From positions 34,846,001-34,910,000 of the forward strand of contig OZ249436.1 in NCBI GenBank assembly GCA_965235115.1: 64,000 nucleotides of DNA, read 5' to 3'. A program made the translations under genes and the position numbers. The notes beneath the pieces are model-generated. The model did no database searches and had not been told where the DNA came from. It saw only the letters and a program-made list of their open reading frames with translations. Shown in pieces: positions 26,001-41,540 of this stretch (its first letter is position 1; every line of letters starts with the position of its first letter). This DNA is from Laetmonice hystrix. Taxonomy: Eukaryota.

Positions 26001-29000
26001 CAGAGGAAACAGGGACTTGCACAGGCAGAAAAAGCATGAGTCAGCCTTAGAGTCCAACAGACATCAAAATTTACATGAAATTTAGTGCCAGATCCTGATG
26101 GAACATGTAATTTGTTGTTGTTAAAACTTAAAGGAGCGGTTATTGTACAAGAATATGAACTGTGTGTAAGCCGTTTTACAGACCAATTCCCCTAGTGACG
26201 TCATCAGGGGCAATGGTAAAGAATAGGCAGGAGTGAGACTGTGATGAGGCGCGAGATTCGAATTTTCAATATTTTTCTAAATTGAGAGGACTTCTCAGAA
26301 AACCTATCAGGGATACGGCTACAACTCAAAGTGATCTATCTAGATCAGTAAAGTTACCTATGTGATGTCAGTTGCACTTTAACCCATGGTACAATCTTTC
26401 TATAGATTTTCAAGACCCTTTATGCTTTTAGGAAGGAAAATCAAATTGGAACTTTTCAATAGTTTTACAATGTGTCCCTTGAAGTCACGCTGTCTATAGT
26501 TCACCAGAAACTTTGCTAAGTAAGTGTACAAATACAAAACCATTTTTTTAAATTTAGGCACAAATGGCAGAACTTGCATGGTTAGGCCTACAATACAAGT
26601 TCGGTACAATATTTACCGACTTAAATGTGGCGTGTTCCAGTCGCTGGCGATTAACATCGCCTATATGGGCATAAAGCACACAACTCTTCATTTCTTTCTT
26701 TCATTTCTTACTCTACCGTCCACGCTATATTCTAACACAACCTCCCTTGCAACCTTGCTGCTATGCACCTTTACTCAGCAAGCTTCCGGTGAACAACACA
26801 TGCATGCACTACTCAACAATAGCCTGTGCAGGGGAAAATAATTGTAAAGTCCGCCATTCAGGAATTAGAATATGCCTACTTGCCTACACATGATTTTGTG
26901 TAAATAAACCGTGTAGGCCTATCTTCATGATTAGTGGATATCATATGGCGAAGGTAATTCTTGAGTGCATCATGTGCTCGAGGCGGAGCAGAGGCGTGAC
27001 CGACTCATGCAATATTTGCATTAGTTCGTTACTGCCCTTAATTGAATAACGAGTAGGCCTATTCTAAAGAAACTTGGTGTCGGACTTTGAGTTTGTATGC
27101 TGACAGGTACCCATGTGTGGGTTTCCCTCTGATATAGCAGCACAGGTCAAGGATTGGAAGGAGTAGGACACTACTGCCCGATCATCTATCCCAGCGGCAA
27201 GGTTTTCTTCATGGCACCCGCCATCATAGACTTCTCCTGTAAGCTAGATGTCACCTACTTTCCTTACGACCGTCAGCGATGTCGAATAAAGGTTGGTTGC
27301 AGTGACGTAGGCCTAGCTACAAGCCCCCTACTTAGACTACTGTTTCAGCGTCTCGGACTTTTCTATAATGCCTACCATCCGGTACCAAACACTTAAACTT
27401 CTTTAAACTTAGGCTACCCAGCTGTTTATTAAATCACAGTTTCAATAAATGTTATGTGTAGACCTAGTCTAGGGCCTACTATAGGCCTATAGGCCTACCA
27501 ATATCTGAAATGTAACGGCTTTCCGTCCAATCTGGAGACATGTAGGCCGTAATTTGAGGTATGCCTATAGGCCAAATATGCCTATAGGCCTACATGTTAG
27601 ATGAACACAAATTAGGCCTCATAATGTGTCTGATAATTCACGCTTCAGTTCGCGTCCTGGTCACATGACGGTCACGAGATGGACGTCACAAACCGCTCTG
27701 CCGCCGGCGACACGTCCGTGTTTGTTGACAACGGCGAATGGAACCTTCTGGGCGTCCCCGTACGACGTAACGTCGTCTACTACCCGTGCTGTGACGAGCC
27801 CTACCCTGACGTCACATTCTATCTCGTTATCCAGCGCCAGTTCCTCTATTACTTCTTCAACCTGGTCATGCCGTGCGCCCTGATCAGCGGCATTGCCCTC
27901 CTCGTGTTCTGTCTGCCTCCAGAGTCAGGCGAGAAGATTTCACTAGGCATCACCGTCCTCCTCTCGCTCTGCGTCTTCCTGCTCATGGTGTCAGAGCGCA
28001 TGCCCGCCACCTCGGAGACAATTCCTCTTATTGGTAAGGTCACATGTTCCTTTGTCGCTTTGGCATCAATGTAGGCCCAATTCATGAATATCACAGGGGC
28101 ATCAATGTAGGCCCAATTCATGAATATTACAGCCCAAAGTTTTGGACCTAAATTTCTCTCTAGCTGGCGCATGGCTCAGAGGTCCATGATATTTCAAAAA
28201 GCATCCCAAATTGTGGACCTGTCTTTCCTATATGCCTCCCAAATTCCGGACCTTTTGGGGTTGTCAAAATTTAAGGGGGGGGGGGCAATGCTCCATGATA
28301 AGTACGGCTTTGTATTGGCCTAGGCTAGTAGGCCTAATACGCCCAAGTTAGCTACTTTCAGGAGCGACGTAACCGTAAATTTCTATTGCCTATGATAGAC
28401 TCTACGTGCCTTTTTGTTCTTGTCAGCGCGGTACTTTGCGGCGACCATCGTGCTAGCGTCAGTTTCCTGTGGTATGACGGTGATTGCCCTGAACGTCCGT
28501 CACCGTGGTGCAGCAGACCAGACGGTGCCGTCTTGGGTCCGAACTGTTGTCATCCGGGGACTGGGCAAGCTCCTCTGTATTGGCCCCAGCAAGGTATAAC
28601 TGCTTTCTTCAACACTTTCTGAATAATTGATAGTGTATTTAGGTAAAGGGCATTTAGCCATGACCTCTTGGGATTGGGGCATTTGGGGCCTAAAGATCTT
28701 AAACAACAGTGTTTGTCACTGACTGGGTATAAGGAAGATCTGCCTATAGAATTAAAAAAACAAACACACACAAAAACAGTGGCGTGTAGGTTAGGCGTAT
28801 AATAAAGTTGGACTTGCTATTGTTCTGCAGGCAGACCCTCACAACAATGACGACGAGCCCCACGTCCTGAACCCGCTCCTCTCTCCGCCTCTCGCCATTA
28901 ACTGCAACGACAAGACAGACGGGCGACCGGCCCACACAGACGTCCCAGCTTCTGGAAACAGCCGCGTCGAGGCGCTGATGGAGGAAGCCGTTCGTCTGCT

Positions 29001-29217
29001 CCGCGGGATCGCGCAGCGTTTCAAGGAACAGGACAGGAAGGAGAACGTCTCAAACGAATGGAGGACAGTGGCCATGGTTCTCGACCGGCTTTTCTTCTTC
29101 ATCGCCACCATTTTGGTGGTGGTTGTGACAGTGGCCATACTGACTGCATCGCCAGATCCGGAAGACTGGCAGGACCTGTCCTGGGCAGACAATGTACAAA
29201 TCAACACCCATCAATGA
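13388..29217 (+). CDS. Nicotinic acetylcholine receptor alpha-type subunit (alpha7/9/10-like, cation-selective), ~482 aa. Exons 13388-13448, 22376-22518, 24767-24811, 25018-25124, 27138-27291, 27649-28033, 28427-28593, 28831-29217
   Basis: Signal-peptide exon MKMASCGTGFLITCLLLMTA (least certain exon). Typical 45-nt DEPSQIVKVTVWLRM exon, WIPDITL, Cys-loop CKLDVTYFPYDRQRC, loop B FASWSHDG, loop C YYPCCDEPY with vicinal Cys, PPESGEKISLGITVLLS (TM2), EWRTVAMVLDRLFF (TM4). Exons sum to 1449 nt in frame. Confidence 0.93.
16978..17104. repeat. (CT)n microsatellite
   Basis: Long, slightly interrupted CT run. Confidence 0.95.
19330..19622. repeat. Minisatellite, ~40-46-bp unit, ~7 copies
   Basis: Repeated tacaggggcctactgcacaatatc(a/t)atcctggtagg... 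Confidence 0.9.
19728..20636. mobile_element. PIF/Harbinger-like non-autonomous element in nAChR intron 1
   Basis: TIRs TACCCTAGTCACACT / AGTGTGACGGGGGTA. 3-bp TSD TTA at 19725-19727 and 20637-20639. Interior built of gcattc/cgaatg subrepeats. Confidence 0.75.
20637..22394 (+). repeat. 63-bp tandem array (~27 copies) whose last unit is the functional acceptor of nAChR exon 2
   Basis: Unit gttactgacctaacgtattgacctaacccatgtctatctcatgttacagagcccatcgtgtct. The terminal unit reads ...cccttctcatattatag|AACCGATATGGTCCGTGTAC. Confidence 0.95.
24471..24560 (+). mobile_element. SINE central-domain remnant (Meta-SINE-like)
   Basis: tcatcaaaggc...ctgtctgtgcgaccgggcatataaaagaacccgtgcc...gagaaggg resembles the GCATATAAAAGA(T/A)CCC core of invertebrate SINEs. 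Recalled similarity, not searched. Confidence 0.35.
28062..28131. repeat. 36-bp tandem duplication in nAChR intron 6
   Basis: ggcatcaatgtaggcccaattcatgaatat(c/t)acag occurs twice in tandem. Confidence 0.85.
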
Positions 29218-29666
29218 ATTAGGATAGCCTATATTATTGCCGTCTATAAATATTTTGTGATCATTATTAGTCTTAACGGTAAATCCTTGAAAAACAGTCG
29301 GCTCGCAGTCGTAGACAGAAGTAAGCAGGGATCGTGCATGTTATCCCTCGCGTCTTCATGTTTTTACCATTTTTACATTTAAAATCTGACATTTCAAATT
29401 GCATGCATCGGAAAAAGAGTAAGGGCATTTGTCTTGAAGACGTAGTAACATAGACGTGAGACTCGGCTACCACTTGTTTTGACTATATTATTTATGGTAT
29501 AGTTTTTAAAATTGCTGTCTTGCCAAACTATACAGACGACCCGAGTCCTGGACGTAGATATAGGCCTACCAGTGTTATAAAAAAATGACACATTATTGTA
29601 GGTCCATTTGGTCATTATGAACGTCAGATTGCACGGCCACACGGCCAATACTTAGATTTATCAAGA

Positions 29667-29830
29667 CAGGGTTTCCTAGAGAATTTCACTGGGGGAGGAT
29701 GACTTTGCCGGGGAAGGGGGTAGCCTATAGTGTTAGGCATTTGGCAAATTTACAGTCAATCTTTTTGGCGGTCGAAATTGATTTTGGGGAGAGGAGTACC
29801 CCCCAAAAAGGAGGACCGTAGGAAACCCTG
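29667..29830. mobile_element. Small MITE
   Basis: 12-bp TIR CAGGGTTTCCTA / TAGGAAACCCTG. TSD unclear. Confidence 0.5.
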
Positions 29831-30517
29831 CAATGATAATGTTGGAATGAAACAGTAGGCTTAAATACGATACGATCTTTCACTCTGTACCTATTACACA
29901 AACACCCACCCCTGGGGCTAGGAACAGGGCCAGCCGGACCTTTTCACCGTTTATCTATACGCAGAGCTCTATGACCAAACATAATTATGGTGTAGTTGAT
30001 ATAGGAAAATCTGCCGTTGCTCGCCATCTGGGCAGTGTAAGCCCGATGTGATCTCTGGTGACAATGATGTAAAGATTGCCACTTCCTGTATCATTGGTAG
30101 GCCACAGACTGGACATCCAGTCACAGATGACTGTTATTATGTCGATGAGTATAGTTTATACAGAGAGGCTATAGGGGTAATTCCTTAATGACATTATAAT
30201 CGGCCCTTCACATGAAATCGGTGAGTCAATCTCCCCCCCCTCCCCGACGCCAAAATAAAATCCGCGCTATTCCGTGCTGACATGATCCCTCCAGAATAAG
30301 GTAATCAGACCAAATAGGATTGATTGTCGAGCCTTTTTCTTAGAAATATTCGCATGAGAGTGCTGAAAATGGTGTTTCAGAGCCTCCAGATTTCAGAAAT
30401 TTCCCCATCAATTTAATTCCCAATTCAGGAAGGGCCATATAGGTTGGATACTCTAATATCATTAAGGTCATATTTTCTAGTATTAACGAAGATAGGGGAC
30501 TTTTCGAACATACTGAT

Positions 30518-30784
30518 CACTGGCGGATCCAGGATTTCACTAAAGGGGGGGGGGGGGGATGCACAGAAAAGCAATTCGTGATTGTTTGCATTACTTATTA
30601 AAGCTCATGCTCTTGAATGAGAGTTTTAGAGATATAGGCCTACATAATAGCTCGGGGTTTCCCTGAGATACACCGTCAGTGTTAAAATTAATTAAAAATG
30701 AGTAGGCTATAGCCGTGTATAGGCCTAATTAGTGAAGCTAAAGGGGGCACGTGCCCCCTGTGCCCCCCTCTGGATCCGCCTTTG
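30518..30784. mobile_element. GGCGGATCC-family MITE
   Basis: TIRs CACTGGCGGATCCAG / CTGGATCCGCCTTTG. Perfect 5-bp TSD CTGAT. Confidence 0.8.
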
Positions 30785-32123
30785 CTGATAACCTCGTGAT
30801 ACAGAATGACCGTATACACTGTAAAAGTTGCAGACATTTCCAGAAATCTGTACAGTGAGTTTCTGAGTAATTCCTGAAGAGAGCAGGGAAGTGCTAAGGC
30901 CGTGAAGGTATTATTCTCTGTTCGGTATGTTTGATGACATAATTATGAAGAATGTACGTGTTATTGTAGGCCAGAGTTGGTGTGTGGGAAGGTGTGAGTT
31001 GGTGGAATCGTTCCATTTGTTTCGCTGATTCTAAATGTGTATGGGGCCTCAATGTGTAGGGCTATAATATTTTATGTTGTAAAATAAAATTATGGAGTCA
31101 TCGGCTTCAGATTGAAGTAGAGTCTACGTTTTAATGTTCTCTCAAAGGAATTATCTCTCATTGTAAGGGTGAGAATCCGACGAGGCAAAGTAACGCTTCT
31201 CTTATATATACCATTATCGCCCAATAAAAAGTTTGCACAGATTCTGGTGTGAAGCAGGGTGAACGAAGATTGTGGAGTGCCACCGTCCGTTTATTTTATT
31301 GAAAGTTTTCCATACTCCCTTGGTAGGTTGTACTTTATCATGTGTGAAATTTGCCAGTAAAGAGAGCTAATTATAGGAATTCCACTTTGCCCGCGAAATG
31401 ATATAAAATTGATTTTTGTGCCTTTAACAATACAAAGGCTGGTTACTTTTTCTTATAACTTCCCTCGGTGTGAGGGCCTATAATTTAATAGTCGTGTCAC
31501 CCCCATAAACCTAACGCTTTGTTGTCTTGATAACGTACAGATGTATTTATAATTGGGTCATGGGATGTATGCCACAAGCGACGTGGACTGGTACCGCCTG
31601 ACCCAATCGATATTCATTTAGAGCTGGGGACTAGTCTAATCCTAACATCTGGCATTACTCTTACTGGTGGAGCCGCCTGGCGGTCAACTTTACGTCTATG
31701 GCGAATGGACTACGTTGGACGACGGTTTCTTTTTGCCTCCTCTACTTTGCGTCATCTTTCTGGCACTGGTCTTATATGAAAGGGCTTGAAAATCTGAATC
31801 GGCCGTAACGTACGCGTTGAGCAACTTTACATCGACGTAAGCTGCAGTGGCGGGCCGCGAGGGCGGGGGGGGGGGGGGGCGAAGGCTATTTTATTATTGA
31901 CATAGCCGCTATATCGATATCACGTCTGTTATCGACATAGCCGCTGGTTTGTATTCTGTAATATAACTATCACCTATCCCTAATTAATCCATGATCCCAC
32001 AAAGTGCAAGTTTTGTAATACATGTAGGCCTACATGATTATTCGGTATATCCCCAATAAACAAAACAGAATAAGTGGCGCCACCTGTTGAGTATCCCCGC
32101 CACCTTCACATTGTTGGTGCTTT

Positions 32124-32147
32124 CATAGAACTGTTACACGTTCTATG
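32124..32147. mobile_element. 24-bp TIR remnant / transposon footprint
   Basis: CATAGAAC-8nt-GTTCTATG flanked by a perfect 7-bp direct repeat GTGCTTT. Confidence 0.6.
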
Positions 32148-32738
32148 GTGCTTTGTACGCTTTCACAGCGCCCTCTCCCGTTGTGGTTCCTATCCGATAG
32201 AGGGAGACAACGGCGTCACTGACGGTTGTCTGCCATAACGACGAGCGTCACCTTATAGACGGGATATCCAAGTTTGGAAGGTTTCCTTACCAACTGCTCA
32301 ATATTTTGCCCCACTTCCTATAAAACTATATAAGCAATCCCTTTCCAAGAATTCCTCATTTTCCTAAACACGCATATGATAGGCCTATAAAATGGGGCCC
32401 AAAATAACAGAGGCTACTGTGCCTGTGATATGAATACTTTTCAGGAAGTAGTGTAATATTTGGAAAAAAAACCCAGCAGACTTTTAGCTCCCCCCCCCCC
32501 CCTCATTCCCTTTAAAGACAGCCTTTAAATGATGTTTTATACAGGTTTCTTTATTGTAAATAAGATCACTCTATTGTGGCTCAACTCCATTCTTTGGGTA
32601 AACTTCAATATTTGTCACACTAGTCAAGGATCTTGGTGTATCTCACTGTCCACTTGCCCATGTTCAAGTATTTTCTTTCATTTCCCTTTCCCTGTGTGTT
32701 TTACATTCAACAGTCTAATGAAATCCAGAGTAGACGCA

Positions 32739-34308
32739 TCAGAAGACTTTCCACTTGTGCCGAATCTTCATTATCTGTCGCTTCCTGGTCAATTCTGCTT
32801 TCCGCAGCCTCCTCCAGTAGGCGTATGTGTCGTGGTCTATCTCCTCAATGGGCACTGGCCTCCGATCAGTATGTAGTGTCCATAGCCAATCAGGATACTC
32901 GCTGTCATCCTTCAACTCTGGATCAGTACCTTCCTTCATAATGTTACCACCACACAGCATGGTTGTCAGTTTCTTGGTGTCTGTCTCAATATCTTCATAG
33001 TGCTTCTTTGGGTCTGCACCTACATGTGCCAAAGTCTTTCCTGCAATTAATACAAATTTTTATGAAGTTAAAAGAATCTATAATATAGATTGAAAACTTT
33101 ATATAAAAAAAGAACTTGGCTTGTACAATTCTCTTTTTTTTGTACAATAAGGGCATTTCTGCAAATTGCAATCAAAAGAAGTCTGTCATTCCTGACATTG
33201 GAAGAGACAAGTTGGTCATTCTGCCATCAAAAATCGGACCTAATGCTATCTGCGAGGTGAGGCTCGTAGGGGATTCTCCTACATCCGACTAATGCATGCA
33301 GTCCTTTCGGAAACCACGCCTCTGGCTCTGGGCCTGGCCATGCGAGCTCAGCCTCAGGGCCCGGTTCCGTTGTGCAATTTATGTGAGCTGAGCAGCACTT
33401 TTCGTGAGCTGCTCACGGTCCACCGGTTCCTTTGTGTACTGTGAGCAGTGCTCACCGTGAGCTTTGCTCACGAAATTGCCGTGAGACTTGAGCAAGCTAA
33501 GGAGGATGCTCACGGTGTCGTGAGCAAGCGTGAGCAAGGGAGAATTTCACTCAAATTTACATATTTTTTTTCTTCCTTTCTTTTACTTATTTTGACCACG
33601 GGGAGCAGAATGTTGTTCTCCAGAAGCCTGTAAATATCGTTTCTGAAATTAAAAAGGATTTCTAGAGCAGCCTGTTGCTGAAAATACTCTGACAGTGTCC
33701 ACTCTGTCCCATATGGCAGTGTCACATTGTGGCCGCAGGCACACGCGTTATTGTGACGTTAGAAATGAGGCCCTATTGTTGTATCTAGAACAGTTCCAAA
33801 AGTATTGTGACGTCACCATATCTGGGTGATGACAATAAACTGTTACGTCATATAGTCTATCCATAGTTACGGTGTCTTGCTCACCGTGAGCAAGTGCTTA
33901 TGTGAGCAAGTGCTCAGGGTAAACAAAGGAACCCGATTTACTGCTCACGGTGAGCACTGCTCACGTAAGCAGTAAACTGCTGCTCAGCTCACAACATCTC
34001 AGCTCACGGAAAGAGGTAGACAACGGAACCGGGCCCAGTGCAGATCAGACAGAGTCTGAGAGTGAGAGATGACAGCCAGACACACTGGCCAGCAGGCCCA
34101 GAGATAGACTCTATTACTAGTAATTTAGATCTACTGTATTAGAACATTTACTCACGGATTACTGTTCAAAACTTTCGTTACCTGGTGGTTTTTTAACAGC
34201 ATAGCCAGCGTGTGAATTTTGCCAAATTGGTCCTACTTGACAGACGACAGAAGCAGATTTAAATAGATGATATTGCCGCACCACGACCCTCGCCATGGCC
34301 GCAGCCAT
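32739..34308 (-). CDS. MRPL54: Mitochondrial large-subunit ribosomal protein mL54, ~142 aa. Exons 34308-34182 and 33040-32739
   Basis: Presequence-like MAAAMARVVVRQYHLFKS... joins through a phase-1 intron to the family signature CGGNIMKEGTDPELKDDSEYPDWLW...YWRRLRK. Confidence 0.92.
33358..34035. mobile_element. Harbinger-type MITE in the MRPL54 intron
   Basis: Perfect TIR GGCCCGGTTCCGTTGT, 3-bp TSD CAG, and many subterminal GCTCAC/GTGAGC repeats. Confidence 0.85.
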
Positions 34309-35009
34309 CTTGAAACACAGGCAGAGATTAAAGCGCGCAGTATATAAATAGGACACGATATGGTTCAGGGACCGGACTGTTTGAAAACGTGCACCCAGTC
34401 ACTAAAAAAATCATATTTCTTACTGTGATCGGCGGACTTTGTTTCTGAAAGGGACTAAACATTTCTGCCATTCAGGCCTTCAGAGCCCCCCCCCAATAAA
34501 AATTGATTATCTTGTTTACTTTCAAGTGCATTTATTTCAATGATCGACGAGGAGACGCTTTTTGGAGCACTCGGTCAAGAATATTGGAATGGGTACCCAC
34601 TCCAATATTCTTGAATCGGTCACCAAGTTACTAAGTAACGCCTACCTAAAATTCATGTTGCCCTTCTATCACTAGTCTCTAACTATAGCTATGTGTCATA
34701 TATGTGCTAATTATATGTTATCAAAGCCCTCTTCTAACAGAAGACCTCATTTTATTAGGCCTACCTTGCAATGCCAATGGTGGTTCTTGCTTTTATTTCT
34801 CCATAATATGACATCTAATTAAACTATGTGCAATATTTTACAGCGGGAAGCTAAGAACCATCAATAGTTATCTAAAATTTCTAAAAGTCTAAAGGGCGTT
34901 CTCTGAATGTGAAGAAAATAAATGATAAAAGTAGACATCTATTCCTCCTTTCACTTCCGTCGCTTTCTTGTTTGTTGATATTTCAGTCGCGCGAATGAGA
35001 TTATTCAAT
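34309..35009. promoter_or_regulatory. Bidirectional promoter region between MRPL54 and AFG2B
   Basis: Start codons diverge ~700 bp apart. Both sit in YY1-like AA(G/T)ATGGCTGC contexts. ETS-like CACTTCCG at ~34952. Confidence 0.6.
34576..34613. mobile_element. 38-bp near-perfect palindrome, probable transposon footprint
   Basis: CAAGAATATTGGAATGGGT|ACCCACTCCAATATTCTTG (one mismatch), flanked by ACTCGGT / AATCGGT. Confidence 0.55.
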
Positions 35010-39693
<4,684 letters not shown>

Positions 39694-40851
39694 CGGAGGA
39701 GGATGTTATACGATGTGTATGTGGGGAGATGAGATTTATATCATGACGGCCATCTGGTCAAGACGTTAAGGGGTGGATATTATCACGTCAGACTGTTCGC
39801 AGTTTAATCTCCGGAGATACATGGCAGTGCTCATTCTTAAAAACTATCCATGATCTAAAGTTATAACGATATATAACAGTTTTTAGAATTTCATGGTGTC
39901 GATATACATTGTAGTTGTATAATTATTAAGAGATAAACGTTGTTTGGGCACTGACAGGAGCCTAAAAAATGAGGCTTCCAATGTTGTTTTCACAGAAGTA
40001 TTGGGCCAAATACGTGGTACCTAACACTGTCAGCAGTTAGGACTTTATTTTACCTGTCTGCCTCCTCGCTCAGGAAAATAAATGTCAATGGCCAGTGTGC
40101 CACTACCTGTACCGATGTGCTTTAGGTGTCTGAAATCTGATCGGTTCATTTTGACCTCGATTTTCAGTGGGAGCAAGGCCCGTCGGTCGTGATGACGCGC
40201 TTTTTCCTCCCGTGACGCGCACAGAATGTTCCTGCGAATGACGACAGGTGGCGCCCTATCTAATCCCATGTCGGCATTGCCCGAGCATGCAGCTTGAACA
40301 GCGTTCCAAGTTGTCCAACATACAGTTGGTTCCACTTAACCCGAACTCGGTTAACCCGAACTTTCGGTTAACCCAAACTTTTTTCAATTTCCCTGCAGAT
40401 TTCCTATTTAATACTGTCTATTTTGTCCGCTTAACCCGAATTCGGTTAACCCGAAATTTCGGTTAACCTGAACTGATTTTTATTTCCAAAGAGGCATTTT
40501 TTCCAGTTAACCCAAACTTTTTGTTTGCACAATCTCAGACTAGGTATACACAGGCAACACTTTAACATCACACCTGTGTAAGTGTTGAGTCACACCTCTT
40601 CTCTTTGCTGCTGTCTCTTGTACGTTATTCAATAGATCAAACATTCACAGTTTAAAGACGATCTCCAGGGGCTAATCTTTGAATTCAGGTCTCACCTCTA
40701 CCTTCTTAAGAAACTTGTGAATCTAATTTAGGAAGTGTGAGGCACAAGAGTCACACCTCTTCACTTTGTTGCTGACGCTTCTTGCTATAAAACAAGCCAG
40801 AACCTTACCACCCCAACTCATTCTTGATAAGACTGCCATACAGCTAGCACC

Positions 40852-41540
40852 ATGTCACAGAAACGGAAGCAATCTTCGTACCCCTTGTCAGTTAGCATTT
40901 TGCAACGTCTTGACAATGGAGAGAAGGCTAGTAAGCTTTCCAAGGAGTTAGGTATCACTGGCGGATCCGGGGGGGGGGGGGGGGGTCAGGGGGTTCGAAC
41001 CCCCCCTAAAATTTTGCAAAAACACACATTTTAACTTAACATTATAATTTAGAAGTTTTTTTTCTTTAGTCGCAAGATAAAAAACCACCTAAAATTTTTT
41101 TTTGCCTCGCTACACTCGGCAGGATTTCATCCTATAGCCAAAGATGCTGTTGGACTTGAGGAGGCCCTTTTGCCCTTGGTTGCATTGGTCATTGAATAGC
41201 TTATTTTGTGTTTAAAAATGCATCGGATTGCAACAAATTACACCCGGGGGGGGGCATGCCCTGGGACCCCCCTAGGAAGGCTTCGCGCCTTCGGCGCTTG
41301 CAGCCTTCGCGCCTTCGGCGCTCGTACGGTCACGTCTGTGTTACCCCGAAACATGTTGAACCCCCCCTAACGGAAAAAGCTGGATCCGCCCCTGTGTATA
41401 CCCCCCACCACTATTTCTCAGTGGAAGCAGCCCGCTAGTCGTGTTCAGATTTTTGCTGAGGGTGACCAAGGTTGTGGTGATTTGGCCCGTAAGAAAATCC
41501 GACAGTCAGCCTACCCCGACATTGAAGAAGCCCTTTTATA
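40852..41540 (+). pseudogene. Truncated CENP-B/Tigger-type transposase N-terminus, interrupted by a MITE
   Basis: MSQKRKQSSYPLSVSILQRLDNGEKASKLSKELGI [insertion] IPPTTISQWKQPASRVQIF...ARKKIRQSAYPDIEEALL. This is a psq-type HTH plus the start of the CENP-B HTH, then truncation. Confidence 0.8.
40956..41394. mobile_element. GGCGGATCC-family MITE nested in the Tigger transposase
   Basis: TIRs CACTGGCGGATCC / GGATCCGCCCCTG. Flanks GGTAT / TGTAT. Confidence 0.8.
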
